Below are positions 1 to 15,453 of a DNA stretch of 64,000 bases, in pieces. The notes beneath the pieces are model-generated. The model did not search any database and was not told the DNA's origin. It saw nothing but the letters and a program-made list of their open reading frames with translations. The DNA comes from Octopus vulgaris (lineage: Eukaryota). The DNA lies in NCBI GenBank assembly GCA_951406725.2, contig OX597818.1, positions 104,036,001-104,100,000 of the forward strand, in the 5' to 3' direction. Both the position numbers and the translations under genes were made by a program. Position 1 is the stretch's first letter, and each line of letters starts with the position of its first letter.

Positions 1-1326
1 CTTAAACGCTGGAATTCAAATGATTCATCGTGCTTCTGGAACGGACAAATTGCATGCACATATACACATCTTATGAATGCGTGTCATAGAATAGGCGAAT
101 AAAAATATACCATATAAAACATATCATTTTACGTGAAATTATGCTCATAATAATAATCAAACACACACATACACACACACACGCATATATGAAATAAAGG
201 AATACATTTGACAAAGTAACAATTTAATTAAATTTATTATACTATAAAGATACAATATATTATATATTATATTATATTATATTATAATATATCATAATAT
301 ATTTAAAGCATATAAAGACAACAATTTGTTTAGAATTATATCCATTAGTTGATTCATATAATGATCCCTTTCCACGTATAGAATTATCTTGGATCAAAAA
401 GACAGGCGAAATTCCATGTAATTATCAATCTATGTACAAGTATCTATATGTACGTGTATTAGTATTCAAAAACATGTCTCCATGTTTGTATTGCCTTTCT
501 GTATCTGTTTCTGTCTATGAGATCCGCTATGCTTCTATATTTATGTATGTATGCGTAAGCGCGAAAAAGAAACGGTAACTACAGTCCATATCTTCTTGAC
601 AGCCTTTGCTATCTAATTCTATTTTCGGTATTGGTGAAAGGTTGAAAGCAGTCTCACGGAGAAAGCAATCGGATGAAAACATTTTGATATATATGAAAAC
701 GTCTCTGTGTACAAATGTATTCTACTTTCGAAATGTCAATTGTCTTCATATGTACCTCTACCCACTCTCTTATATTTTTCCTCCCCTTTTTCCTCTTCTC
801 CGAAACGTTGCCGACACCTCTTTCTGACGTAAACAGAGTGGGTGTATAACGTTTCTAGCATGGTTCCTTTCTCACGAAGAGCCATGCTCGAAGTGTTATG
901 CATCCACCCTTTTTGCCATCTTATACTGAACCTCAACTTAATGCATTCTACGTGTACGTCCTTTTGACGTTCGTTGTTTTGTTACTTGTTATTTTCAATT
1001 TTCAATTTTCATTATGGCTAAGATCAAGGTCTAATATCTACTCTTACCAGTTTAATATATATACACAAACAAACACACACATACATATATACATGTATTA
1101 AAATGATGGTATGCAGCGGGTTGAACCCAGAAACTGCGCTGTACTCTCTAAATCTGTTAATTACATTCTATCCCAATTTCTGTGAAGATGACCATTTATG
1201 TTGTCCGTCAAATCTAAAACTGCAGCTCGATATGGCCTTGTATCTATGTTTTTTTCCTTACCTTACTCCACAGTGTATGCAATGGAAACAAGCCATTATC
1301 AAGATACTTCTGCGCCACCGAATGCC

Positions 1327-1362
<36 letters not shown>

Positions 1363-4099
1363 GCAAACAAATATTAATTATCACAACAACATCGATATCG
1401 TTCATACTCCCAACGCCATCTAAACTCATTCACTTACAGACAAATTGAGTTGCTCTTTTTGTCATGTAATATTTTCTGAATATATTTAGAGAAACTCAAC
1501 ATTAACATGCTACAAACATTGCTCACCCCGTATTCCAAAATATTCATATATAAATTTATATATCCATTTATTAATTTACGTATAGTATGTTTGTACTATT
1601 CTGTGTATTTGTATGCACATACGTATGCACATATTTATCATCAGATATACATAATCACATATGCGTTATATGTATGTACGTGTGTGTACGTGCTTATCTG
1701 TTCAAACCGAATTTCTTGAAAAGAAGGATGTGATTTCTTTCTTATTTGACTTGAAATATATTTCACATGTCAAATGAGAAAAAACATATGTCTATATACT
1801 TCAGTATATTTACGGTCATACTCTGTACTGATCGGTTGTCTTTAATTTTTCTTGAAAATTCACAGTCTAACCCCCGTGTTTAGTGAATCAAAATTAACTA
1901 AAAGTACTTGTCAGGTTTCTCTGCGTTCCTACATTAATTCGTAGAATATTCATGCTTGATTGAAAGGTTCTGAAGTTTTCCTTTGTTATTCTGTAGAAAT
2001 ATCTTTCTAGATTCTCTCAAGCGTTTTAAGAATCAACTCTTTCATCTATGGTTAAATGTTAGCAAAGCTAATGTGTTATAATCACGATTCAATAAAAAAA
2101 ATGATCACATAGATCTTACACAATATTTATTATAAATTTTCAACATTTAATATATAAAAAAGAGATTCTTGTGAAAATATTTGCTGCGTTGTGTCCTGCC
2201 TACCATTCGGAATCAAGTGTAAATATTTTTATTACATTCATTAACTAACCTTAAATATTTTTTTCACTTGTGAACTATTGTGTGTAGTTATGATTATGTT
2301 TTAGTATGTTTCTTTGAAACATACGGTATTTCGAGTTCTTTCCGAATGCGCTGCCACATAGAATACGCCTTCCAACAAAACATCAGGTTATCCCAAGCTT
2401 TTTCAGTGGTATTTGTTTGGCAGAATAGAAATATTGTGGACGTTCGTTGGACGGATCGTTCTCTCCTTGTTTAATATTCCCACTTATTGTATTTATTTAG
2501 TTTCTTCCCCAAATCAAACTCGTGATTTATTACTTCCAACTAGAATCATTACATACCGAAAGTGATCGGTACATTTTAATATTTCACCTTATGTAGTACA
2601 AATCAATGGGTTTGGACAATTTATATTTATGCTATTTTTCATAGAACAGCAAATAACTAGACGAATATTTTTTCTTAAACAATTGAATATTTGTTTTATT
2701 TCATCTGTAGTTTCTATAATCAATACAAAGTCGTGAACATAGTCATAATCTTGTGCTATCTTTTAATCCTGCATTCCGAAACCTATTAATTGCAATTCAT
2801 TCTTTATCGCAGACAACAGTGAACAAGTAGAATCCTGAGCGCGCTGAGAAAAAATGCTTAGCTGCAGAGTTTCTGGCGTTTTATATTCTGTGCTCAAAAT
2901 TTGCCGAGATTAAATTTGCCTTTCATCATTTCGTAGTCGACAACACAAGTATTATTGTCAATGTACACGACTAAACTACTCTCCGCTAAAATAGTGGTTC
3001 TGTGCCATAATTGGAATCATTTATGCAGTCAACAATACTCCAAACATAAGTGAATAGCCTTCCGTGAATGGCACAAGATTTGAACTGAAAAGACATCTGA
3101 GCGTTCTAACCACCATGATCATCAGACTACTTCTACAATATTTGCAATTATGTCAGCATATTTCAGAAGCTTGCCATATTTTCTTGTATCCTTTGCTAAT
3201 GTTCTTTGTAATATTTAAAAAGAATAACTTACAAAATCAACACGCCAGAAATTTGACATCTTTGAATAATATATCTTATTTCAATATTTTGGTCATTATC
3301 TTCTCTTCTCATACTTGTTTCCCTGCAACCACCTCAGAATCTTCTCAAGACTCAGCTCAGTTCTGCTTAGCCACAATGTTATCCGTGACCCCACCTATCA
3401 CACTTAATGACCGTTTCCTTCTATTTTTATTATTTACTTCGCTATTAAGGCATGTATTTACAGTTCATAAAATATATAACCTTCTGTCTAAATTACACAT
3501 TTGAGCTTTGCAATTTTCCATCTGTATAAACGTGTTCCATATTACGTTCGTAATCTTCGTTTCATATTTCTTTCAAGTTATATTTTCCGGTTTTTTCTAC
3601 AGTCTTTTGAATATCATTCAACATTTGATGTACGTTCTCCGAACATTAATATATTTATCCTCCATCCATTAATATTTACAGAACAAAATCTATTTCTGTA
3701 TTCACACTTACGTTTTCTGTTGTGCGTAATTTCTCTTTATCAAATATTGGAGGTGCGATTCTAGTTGGCGCCATTAAATTTTCCATAATTTGTATCTGAG
3801 TTATTGTGAGTTGATAGTTGCAGCTAATATTTGCTTTTAGCTTGCCTTAATGAAATCCTATCAGTTTTGTTATCGTGGTTTCTTCAATGCAAGCCCTGAC
3901 TCGTTTGAGGTGTGATCTAATACTTTGAAGCCATAATCGGAGCTAGGTTTGGGGAAGCGAAGTATGCATCCCGAGATGTATTATCTAGTGTGTTTTCGTC
4001 TTTTAATACGTGAGAACCTGTTTTAGACTTATTTATAAAGGACGAACGACCGAGTATAGCTGCAATTTGTGTCGGATATATTTTTAAAAATTCATAAAA

Positions 4100-4330
4100 G
4101 GCGGCGAGCTGGCAGAAACGTTAGCACGCCGGGCGAAATGCGTAGCCGTATTTCGTCTGTCGCTACGTTCTGAGTTCAAATTCCGCCGAGGTCGACTTTG
4201 CCTTTCATCCTTTCGGGGTCGATAAATTAAGTACCAGTTACGCACTGGAGTCGATGTAATCGACTTAATCCGTTTGTCTGTCCTTGTTTATCCCCTCTGT
4301 GTTTAACGCCTTGTGGGTAGTAAAGAAATA
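4100..4330 (+). mobile_element. SINE family A (tRNA-derived), full length
   Basis: GGCGGCGAGCTGGCAGAA head, B box GAGTTCAAATTCC, CCTTTCATCCTTTCGGGGTCGATAAA body; imperfect about 18-bp TSD. Confidence 0.9.
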
Positions 4331-5925
4331 CATATTTTAAAAACTTCATGTGTGTGAGTTCGTATATGTGTGTCCGTGTATATGTACATGTGCGTGCGCG
4401 TGTGTATAAGTATATGTGTGTATATCATCCACCCCAATTACGCAACAATATCAATCTTCTCGTTCGCATTTTCTACATATTATTCTCTTTGTATGCTTTT
4501 AGGGAGTCTTCACCGTTGTGTATTAGCGTGTATCTGCGTAAGCGTTTGCTTATGTGTTTGTTTCTATCCCACTTATATTTATTTCTATAACATTCACAGC
4601 GCGCTACAATATTAAATTATATATTATCTTCGAGTTTGATCTAGCAATTATCATATCCATTACAAATTAGCATTACTTGAAAGGTTGCATTAAATTCTAT
4701 TGGTTTGTATTGTCAGCATGATATTTGCTAACTTGTTTCTCGTATTTGTTTTTAGAAACATGATTTTAGTAATGATGAATATATTATAATGGTTAATAAT
4801 CACACCGCGAAGATTAATACGGAAGTAAATTATGCACGATCTAGAACTGAGTGATTAAAAGTCATGGTGGAGGAACTGTTCATGCACATAATAGATATGT
4901 TGGAAATATATTCAATATAAACAAGGCAAAACCCTTTCATATTGTTGGTTTCTCATATTGTGAAAACGAAAGAAATTTATTGAGAACGAACGATGAATTA
5001 AATGAAGCGTTCTTTAAAAACCCGCAATTTATTTTATTGAACAAGGAAGAATAACATGCAATATCCATTCGGTAAGAAATTAAATGAGAACATAAATGGA
5101 AGAAACTGCAATGCAAATATTCCGGTACTGTGGTATTTTATTATATAAGGTGATTGGATTATATATGAAACACATAAATAATAATTATTAATTTTGATAA
5201 TGTGCAAGGGCAATTCATGAAAGGAAGCTATATACACCCGAATTAATAATATACAATAGAATAGTAAAATAAGTTTGTTTCTGTATTATCTGACTGTCAT
5301 GAACGAATGAGTGGCAACGTCAGCCACGCCGAGCTTTGAACTCATATTGTAGTGACAAAATTTGTAAACTTTAAAAACTTTATTCCGGTGTTCTGCAATT
5401 CTTCCAAATGAAGTACACCTTATTTCCTGTAATATCAAGGATTAAAGCAACCGAGTCATGCCATAAGTGTGGTAAGTGAGATAAATTAAAATATACACCA
5501 AGTGAAGTGTGAGAATTCAGTAATTACTAAACATAGAAATCTTTCAGATTGTTACAATCCTAAATGATCTAGACGGATATTTATGATGTCTAGCGATAAT
5601 AACAATTTTTGAAGATGAATATTAAAGATAATATATATTTATTCTGTGACTTGAAGAATAATACTTGACTGGAATTAACAATGTGACATATTAATTACAG
5701 TGATGGTGTTATCTAGTCAGGCATATTCATAAGTTACTTTAGTAGTTGTAGTTATGCTTGTGTAGTTTATATTTCTTTAGTTAAGTTGTTCTTGCTATTG
5801 TTGTTGGTTGGTAATATTATCGGCGGTGATGGATGCCAACTTATTTTTTTATTTCTTTTTATGAAAAGATAGAAATCTTCATTTTGTCTGATGTCGGTGA
5901 AAGGCCAACTTCAGTGAAAAAACAA

Positions 5926-5975
<50 letters not shown>

Positions 5976-7099
5976 TAATAATAATAACAATAATGATGAT
6001 GATGATAATGAAGATTATATTTGCAAATAAATCAACTTATTCATGTTATAATACTGGCGTTTATTTTATCAACTCCATAGTTACAAAGCCAAAAACCAAC
6101 TCTGCCGCCAAGAATATTACTGGGCACATGGGGAACTCAAGAATTTATATGTAATTTTAAAACATTCTGTTCTCAAATTATCTACACCGATCAAGTAGAT
6201 ATGTGGTTTAGTTTGTCTGCGTTTGGAGCGTTACATAACAATAATATGTCTATGATAAATAATATTATTTTCTAGAAACATCTGAAAACATTTTACAAAA
6301 TTATATGACGAAATGATTCAGTGAGACACTAAACCGATTTCAGGAGAATCGTATCTTACCGCTCATATTATCAAACACTCTTTAGTCAAGTAGGAAATAT
6401 GTTTTCCTTCGTGACTAAACCCAAATCATGTTTATCTCTCATTGGACAATTGCGACTGTATAGTGTATAATGTTTATAGCATACATGAGTCTGTGCCAGT
6501 AATCTAATTCTGTTTACTATGTTAAAGAGTTTTACATTTCATAACAGATGACTATTCATAGTAACAGAAAAATATAACGTAGTGATTTTTGAACGCTGAT
6601 TTCCTCATTGACAGATGTGTAATTAAACTTGGTGTATTGATGATACAGTCAAAATAGGCATATGAAATATTTAGATATCTTGAATATACGCATGTTACTT
6701 TCGCAAGAGTTACGCGTAGGAGATAGTGAAACGGAGGCATCTACACTTTACAGGTAGAAAAGTGGGGGAAACACTGAAGTATCACATTCGGTAAATTTAG
6801 GTGTTTTTCCTATTTGTTGAGTCCATAATTTCACATGACTTTAAAAAGAAATACTAAGTGAAATATCAAATTGTAAAATAATAACATAAGATTCTAGCAT
6901 ATTAAGAAATATGTATTTCTCTTGATTTTGTCCTTTTCGTTCAATAGATGCCCTTCTAAGTGCTTCTAACTTCACACATATTTTGATCTTTCAGTACAAT
7001 GAATACATTTTTTAAAGGCACAAACACATATTCTCTAACCTTCTGCTTTAAAAGATATACTGCTATACACAATGTCATCTACTTAAATGCCGAATAGAA

Positions 7100-7425
7100 A
7101 CTCCTTAATTCCATCCCGGTAACCAGCTACTTGACAGAGGTGGTTATCATAACTGTTCTTCGCCCTTCCTAGAGTCCAGACCTTGCTCTCAATGACTTTC
7201 CCTTGTTTCCCAAGCTGAAGGTGGACCTCATGAACAATTGTTTCGAAGTCATTAGGAAGATGACAACGGCAGTGACAAGGGTCCTAGATAACTTAACATT
7301 GGAGGCATTTAAGTCAGACGATCCAAATATGAAGGAGGTTGGAACTGTGTATTTCATTGAAATTAATAAATGTCTCTCCTGAAGAAGTCTCAAAATTTAT
7401 AGCATGCAGTTTGTGCGAGTCTTTA
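7100..7425 (+). mobile_element. Mariner transposase C-terminal relic
   Basis: RPS*SPDLALNDFPLFPKLK...CFEVIRKMTTAVTRVL resembles HPPYSPDLAPCDFFLFPKLK. Confidence 0.7.
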
Positions 7426-7720
7426 ATTATTTTGTTAGCATGAGGAACCGGAATGAAGTAATGCAAAAAAAATTTAACTTGATAGTAATGTACTTATAAT
7501 TAAATGTCTTCAAATATCCACACGCATTTTAAATGTGCATACATGAGTCTGTATGTGACTGCGTAATGTGTATTTTGATTGATATTAAGATGCATCTTAT
7601 TACAACATAATATATATTTTGTCTTTTCTCAAATCCCTTCGAATGTGTACATTAACCTCATTTTTGGTTTAATTCTCTCACTCACCTACCTCTATCCGTC
7701 TAGCTTTGTTTTATTTTGTC

Positions 7721-7819
<99 letters not shown>

Positions 7820-7903
7820 TTATATTAATATATATATATATATATACATACACTCATCCATACGTGTTTATACATATATCGATAAATACACACATACACA
7901 GGT

Positions 7904-7974
<71 letters not shown>

Positions 7975-10099
7975 AGGGAGAAGGAAGAGAAAGAGGGAGA
8001 GAGACAGTACTAAAAGCATGAACATAAAATAAGTGAAGCAGAAATCTTACAAATGATATCAAACCACACCTTCGTCTAGTGTAACAATGCAGAATGAAAA
8101 TAATACTGAAAATAGCCTCGTGGCAATTGTGCTTAGTGTATTGTATCTTGTACGGCGGCGACCTTGCCTTTGACGAGAATGATGCCGATGACTACATACC
8201 AACCAGGAGGCTGCTTCTGAGTTCTACAGTTCTTGCACATGCTTTATTACCTCACTTTTTCCCACTCCTTCTTTAATTAGGAGGACTGTTGATCGCAATA
8301 TATATGTGTGTGTGTGTGTCTGTGTGTGTGTGTATTGGTCTTTCGGCATAATGTATAGTCAAAAACAAACACGCTTCGATAGTTTGCTAGCTTTATATGA
8401 GGACATATATAACTTATATGACTCTCGTTCTCTTCCTTGATATTTACATGTCTATCTAGAGTGTTAGCTGTCTCCTCATTCTCTCTTTCTCCCTTTCTCT
8501 GTCTCTGTCTCTCTCTTTCTCCTTTTTTCCTGAAAATTATATTATTGCAACGTAGAATAATAACGTAATTGTTTTACAGTGGTCGCTGGAGAATGGCACT
8601 TATCAAGTAGACCGCCCACGATATCAAGCTTTTCGAATTTGCAGTATTTTATTTGCTTTATCACATCATATTATATATGATGTATATGCTATCGACATAC
8701 GTATATTCATCTAATATAAAGATTATGAAATTAAGTGGTTAATGTCAGATACGATTACCAATTGTCGGAATTGTGTTAGCAACGCCATCCAAAACACAAT
8801 AATGCCGAGAGAAAGCTGTGTCAACAACCGGCAGTTAAAATAAACCTGATACTTTAATTATGAATGAGATGCGTAGCTTGGTTATGCTCCTTCTATGTAT
8901 GGGAATTAAGGTAATTACCGTTAATTGAAAGTTGAGGTATGTCTGAATGACTAGCTCTTATTGCAATGAAACTGAGAAATAAATGTCTATCTTTCAAAGC
9001 ATTAGTAATCATAATATAGACCCAACTAACAATAAATATATAACTGAAGGAAATATATCAAGGAAATAGTAATTTGTTAATTAATATATAATGTAAGTTC
9101 ACACGATATCAAAGAAAATTAAGCTTCCGTTGACTTGACGTGAAACATCGAATTTGACGTAATAGTTGTCGTTCAGAGTTTGAAGTGAATTCCTGTCTTA
9201 CATTTGGTTATAAACACGTCCATGAATTTACAATTATGTATTTAGTTATCTTACAGCTGTGGAGCTTTATACAAATGCTAGAGAATTTACTACGAAGATT
9301 TGAACGCAATCAAAGTAGTATATAAAAAGCTTCCTATATCTTCTCTGTATTTAAGTCTTTTAATCTACTTGATATCATTAGTATCTTAGAACAAAATTTT
9401 AGTTTATTCTGACAAATTATTGTATGTTATACATCAAAAAGATAATGGGTAGGTTAACACTGCACGTATCTAAACGCAAACGTTGAGCTCAAAATCTGAA
9501 AGATTACTTAGGATCGTGGATAAGAACGTATCAAAATCTAAATAAATAATGCACTGTACCTAGATGAAAGTTATATATTAAGTAATAACTTCCAGACAGT
9601 AATAATCATAAAAGTTTGCTTATTGATTGACGTGAGTATTCATCGTGATCATAATGTCTCGACAAATGAATATGATACGCTCAGAATATATAAAGTATAA
9701 AGATTTGCTTATTAATTTTTTTTAAATGTTATCTCAAATCTGTTACGATACCAACGATTGTTACAGCACTTGGTATGATCAAAAACAGAAGTGAATTTGT
9801 TTGAAAATTATACAAGTCTTACCATCACTTCGAGAAATGTGATTGTGTTAACTGCTACTTTACACGTATTGAGAAGAGCATTGTCGCAGTCAGATGTGTA
9901 CCATCCATGTAAATAAGTTTTGTTAGCATAAATTCATTTGATTTTGAAAATGAACGATCTGGTGTGTTTATTTTAATGGCCTTCTAATGTATGCATTGAC
10001 TTTCTTTGTACAAGGTATCAGGGAGATATTAGAGGTGTAACTGAAACACAGTTGAAAGAAGATAAAATTGTAATAATAGGAACGGTTTCAATTTTTAAC

Positions 10100-10295
10100 A
10101 CACAAGGCCAGGAGTTTTAGTGGATGGATAAGTCAATTACATCGACCTCACAGCTCATCTGTTACTTAATTTATCGACCCGAAAGGATAAAAGACAGAGT
10201 CGACTCCAGCGGAATTTAAGCTCAAAACGTAAAGACGGGCGAAATTGCGCAAAACATTTTGTCCGAAGTGCAAACGTTTCCACCAGCTCGCCGCC
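10100..10295 (-). mobile_element. SINE family A, alternative-tail subfamily
   Basis: Diverged head and body with a different 3' tail. Confidence 0.8.
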
Positions 10296-10542
10296 TTAAT
10301 ATTTTAACAATAATAATCACAACAACAATAATAATACCTAGATGAACCCGTGAAACCTTAAACAAATGTAAGCAGCTGCGACACTTACAGAATATAGAAT
10401 GAAGTGTGAAGACGATAACTATATAATCCAGCCAAAATATCTCAGTTACGCAAACGCAAACAGAATTAATATTTATCCTCAAAATACATCGTACGTATTC
10501 AGAGAACCCTGTTGGTTTAGTTGTGTGGAACGTTCTTCTGCT

Positions 10543-10886
10543 ATTCTTTTATTCTTTTACTTCTTCCAGTCATTTCACTGTGACCATGCTGGAGCATCGC
10601 CCTTTATTCGAAGAAATCGACCCCTGAACTTAACTTAATTCCTGTAAGCCTGGTGCTTATTCTATCAGTCTTGTCTGCCGAACAGCTAGGTGACAGGGAC
10701 GTAAACACACCAGCATCGGTTGTCAAGCGATGTTAGTGTAGGGACAAACAAAGACACAAAGACACACATAAATATTTACATATATGTGTGTGTGTCTGTG
10801 CGTGTACATGACGGGCTTCTTTCAGTTTCCTTCTACGAAATCCACTCACGTGGCTTTAGTTGGCCTCTGGCTAGAGTAGAAAACAC
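10543..10886 (-). mobile_element. SINE family B, 5'-truncated
   Basis: Reverse-complement match. Confidence 0.85.
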
Positions 10887-11367
10887 GGTTTAAATTATAG
10901 AGTGGAATTTCGTGTAGCCACCTGTTGGCAGTTTTTTTTTAACCCCACCCATATTTCTGTGTTCTTTTCACATCTATACCTTTTTCAAAATTTGCATTAG
11001 TTTTTGTGTGAAAGAAAAATGGAAATAGTTTGTAGTGAAAATGTTTAACGTGCCTGAAAAAAAAAACATGGTCTTTTCCACCAATTAAAAGACATGAGAA
11101 CTATCAAACAAAGCAAATAAGCAACGGGGGTGAGGGAAAAAGAAGAGAGAACTAACACTAGATCTTTCTATAACTCACAGAAAGAAAACGTAAACGCCTG
11201 AAAAACTTTCTCTCTATTCATTACTGAATGTTTTTCCCTCTTTTTCATTGTTAAAAGCAGCTAGAAAAGATCGGTCGTATTTCAGTCTAATTGTTATTTT
11301 AAATGATTGAGGCTTTCATTTCTCTGTCTCTATCGCTTCACTCCTTTTCTCTGCGGTTAAAAAAGTG

Positions 11368-11688
11368 AAGGTGCGTGGCTCAGTGGTTGATGGTATTCAG
11401 CCTACAATCGTTTAGTCATGAGTGCGATTCTCGACAGTGGGCTGTGTTCTTGAGCAAGGTACTCTACTTCACCTTGCTGCAGCCCACTCAGCTGGGAAGA
11501 ATGAGTTGTAGCTGTAATTTATAGGGGCCAGCCTCGTCACATTCTGTGTGAGGTTGAATTTTCCTGATAAATATGTTATGGCATGCATGTCTGTGGAGTA
11601 CTCAGTCACTTGAGCGCCAATTTTAAGAACGCACTGTTTCGTCGATCAGATAAACAGGAACCTCGTCGTCGTAAAAGACGGAGTACAA
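11368..11688 (+). mobile_element. SINE family D (tRNA head, CORE-like TTGAGCAAGG, CCTCGTCGTCGTAA..GACGGAGT tail)
   Basis: Homologues at 12008-12162, 13362-13654 (minus), 14125-14243 (minus) and 49985-50180. Confidence 0.75.
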
Positions 11689-12581
11689 TTTTTAAAAATA
11701 ACGTGAAAGAATAGGAAATATTCCATATCGTAAGGCAAAAAGCCATGTGTTTAGTATAAGCAGTGACAGCTAAACCGAAATAACTGCTATTACGTCGTGT
11801 ACTGACTTCGCCCTAGACTCACGCTCAGTTTGATGGCAACAGCCTGCACAACGGTGTTTATCTGGCACTTGTCCTCCAGACCTGTGAGACCCACAAATGC
11901 CGCTGTTAGGACCGGATTAACATCCATAGTAGCCCTAACCACTGAAAAAATTTTCCTGCCCCTACATGGGATCTTATTTTTGTTTTCTTATAACCACTTG
12001 AAGGTTTATCTTGCTCCAGTCAAGTCAGCTAGCCATGTGAGTTGTAGCTGTAATTGAAAGGGACCAGCCTTGTTATATTCTGTGTGAGGCTGGATTTCAC
12101 GGAAAACTACTGTAATGGTATGCATGTCTGTGGAATACGCAGCCACTTCCGAGTTAATTTTATCGTCGAGTTGTTATGAAAAGTGAAAGTGACAACCTAT
12201 ATTTGCTGTAGTTATTTGTCTTCGATTTAACAATATGTCTACGTATCGATGTATCAACCTTTCTTTAGATCTATGCACCTACTTTCCTTTGGATCGCAAG
12301 AAAAGTAGATATATAAACCAGTCTAGTCTGAAAATACTAAAAAAACATTTTTAAAAAATGGAACACCACGATCCTTTCAGTCACCACTCACTGTCTCTCT
12401 CTTTCTCTCTCACTTCCTCTCTGTCCTCCGCTCTCCTGCTATGACACTCACTTCAACTATACCTCCTCTGCTTAACACCTTTTGTTTCTCTTTTTTTTTA
12501 CCTATCCCTTCAATCGTTTTCCCTCTTCCTACGAGGTGCGTCGAAAGTTGGCGTATTAATATTGCTAATAATGTTGATAAT

Positions 12582-12797
12582 CTTTTCTATTCTAGACTCA
12601 AGGCCTGAAATTAGGTGGGGAAGGGGATAATCGAATGAAGAGACCCCAGTACTTAACTGGTACTTATTCCATCGACTACGAAAAAATTAAATAAAGACAA
12701 TGTCCTCCTCGGCGGAACTTGAACTCAGCAAATAATGATACAAGATGTGCGGCTAGGCATTTTGCCCCACGTGGTAACGATTCTGCCAGCTCGCCAC
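12582..12797 (-). mobile_element. SINE family A, alternative-tail subfamily
   Basis: TTCTGCCAGCTCGCC head; AAGGCCTGAAATT tail. Confidence 0.75.
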
Positions 12798-13241
12798 AAA
12801 CGTGAAATAGATTTTAAATGTTATTATTTTTTTTTTCAAATGCTATTGTGAATATATAAGTACGTTCATGCGGAGAATTTTGCGTTTAAGGATTACCACG
12901 TTGGGGTGCTGTTTTGAATTATGCAATCGCCTGAAATATTTGTTTCGTAAACAGCTTAATATATTCCTGAGCGTTGAAAAATTGGCGAATACATCCACGA
13001 ATATTACAGTCTTAAAAAAATTAATGGGAAAAAATATCATAGTTTTCCACGCCATGCTTCAATACAGAAATGTCTAAAAGATATGTCATGAACCAGGTGT
13101 ATCATCAGGTTTCAACACAGAAAGAAATTCCTTTTATAACTAGTGAATACATTCGTTTTATGAGAATTGTTTTCATCCAACATTTGAAATATTCTAAAAC
13201 AGTCCCACACACACACGGACACACATACAGATGAACAAACA

Positions 13242-13298
<57 letters not shown>

Positions 13299-13361
13299 AC
13301 GCACGTACGTAACGGTACACACACAGACAAACAGAAATAAATACATGCATAAGGTATCCAC

Positions 13362-13651
13362 TGGTACTCCGTCGGTTACAACGACGAGGGTTCAAGACGA
13401 TCCGACCAACGGAACTGCCCTCTCCTCAAATTAACGTCCAAGTGGATGAGCACACCACAAGGACACGCCATTTAACATAGATCTCAGGGGTATTCAGTGG
13501 GAAGCTGAGTGTGACATAGCTCTCTCCTTGAAACACAGCTACAACGCGTTGTTGACAGCTGGGTGGAGTGGAGTAATGTGAAATAAAGTGTCTTGCTGAA
13601 GGAATCAACGTGCCGCTAGTTTTCAAAATCACGACCTTATGATCGTGAGCC

Positions 13652-13654
<3 letters not shown>
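13362..13654 (-). mobile_element. SINE family D
   Basis: Reverse-complement match to the 11368 copy. Confidence 0.75.
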
Positions 13655-13708
<54 letters not shown>

Positions 13709-14302
13709 TACACATGCATACAAACACACGTATATACACCTATACACACACACATACATATATATATATATATGTAAACATACACATGCATACAAACACA
13801 CGTATATACACCTATATACACACATATGTATATATATATATATATATACATATATATGTACATATATATGTATGTGTGCGTTTGTGTATGTGTCTGTGTG
13901 TATATAATATATATATATATATATGTATGCGTATATATATGACATATATATATGTATATATATATATGTGTGTGTGTGTATATGTGTGTGTGTGTGCGCG
14001 TGTGTGTGTGTGTGTGGGTATGGTTAGAACATTATGCTCTGTAACGTGCATAAAGCCAGTTCTCTGGTGTATATAATTCTCCATGAGCGTGACACCGGTC
14101 AGTCATATCGTTATTCATTTTTACAGGCTGTGGACTGTAGCAGTGTGAAATGAAGCGTCTTGCTCAAGAGTGGAACGCATTGCCGGTCCAGGTATAGAAA
14201 TCACAATCTTGCGATCCAGCGCCCTAACCACTGAGCCATGTGCCTCTCTCCCACATACAGACACACATGCACGCGCATATACGCACGAACACATACACAC
14301 AG

Positions 14303-14330
<28 letters not shown>

Positions 14331-14333
<3 letters not shown>

Positions 14334-14480
14334 TTATTTACATTATTTAGATTTGACGGATATTTGTCTTCATCGTGTTTGTTGTTAACAACAAACAAGA
14401 TGTGGACAAATATCCATCAGATGTAATAAATGTAAATAAAGAAAATAATATACATAATTCCTCATCTCTTAAATATAGAA
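14331..14480. mobile_element. Family E minimal foldback (tails only)
   Basis: Inverted tails joined at the GTTAAC palindrome near 14385. Confidence 0.75.
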
Positions 14481-15270
14481 CTATATATATAAGTGTATAT
14501 GAAATTATATTCATATGCATATGTATATAAGTGCATATTTCTACATGTGTTTGTCTATATATACATACATACATGCATACATATATACATATATACATAT
14601 GCACACATATTTAACATTCATACATACATGTATATAAGCAAATATATTTGTGCATGCGGGCGTATGTATGCATTTATACATGCATAATTAAGTGAATGGT
14701 GTTCGCGTGTGAAAGTTTGTATGTGTGCGTGTGTATGTGTATTGGGGTAAAAATTATTTACGTTACTGGTTACTTCAATATATCCAAACGAGTGACAGTT
14801 TAATCACCAGATACATTAGGATGGAGATTGTCTTGGGAGCTCTTGGCTATAGGAAATAGAATTAACGCCGGGAAATATAGTAATTGATAATTATAATATT
14901 CAGATCGAATTTTAGGGTTTAGACGGTCACAGAGAATGAAGGTTAAAGTTTAGTGGTGATGGTAGTCGAATGTTTATTCTTAATTAGATAAGTCTATTTA
15001 TATATGGGAAATATTGGCCCAATAGAAATAACTTCTGCGTTATGTTGTAGTTAAGTTGTCTTACTGTAATTCGTATTTAAATGGATGTTAGCATAAATGC
15101 GAACAAACTTGCTTACAAGCATATTGATATGGATCTACTTATGCAAGCATAGTCACACTTATTAATACGCAGAAAGACACTTATATATATGAATATAAAA
15201 TGATGCAGACACACATAGTAATGCAGTATTATATTTACCAACACGAAGATACATATCCGGTACATACATA

Positions 15271-15307
<37 letters not shown>

Positions 15308-15308
15308 T

Positions 15309-15341
<33 letters not shown>

Positions 15342-15408
15342 TATATACATATATATGCATATATGCAAATAGATGGACAATGTACAGCCAAACGCATTAC
15401 TACACGAA

Positions 15409-15451
<43 letters not shown>

Positions 15452-15453
<2 letters not shown>

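Noticed and set aside
7579-8062. Long IY/YI, HT, CV, N and L-rich ORFs here and throughout the track
   Set aside because: Translations of microsatellites.
8094-8276. 60-aa ORF with a signal-peptide-like start
   Set aside because: Short, no recognisable family, no supporting exons.
8580-8645. Possible small exon after TTTTACAG
   Set aside because: No convincing donor site or recognisable peptide.
11795-11945. Minus peptide AVAIKLSVSLGRSQY, faintly RAG1/Transib-like
   Set aside because: About 50 aa, immediate stops, no other motifs.
13695-13830. 72-bp duplication in a compound microsatellite (similar at 38800-38920)
   Set aside because: Ordinary slippage or unequal exchange.
14740-15022. 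Possible MITE with TATTGGG...CCCAATA ends
   Set aside because: Only 7 bp of clear inverted match and no second copy.
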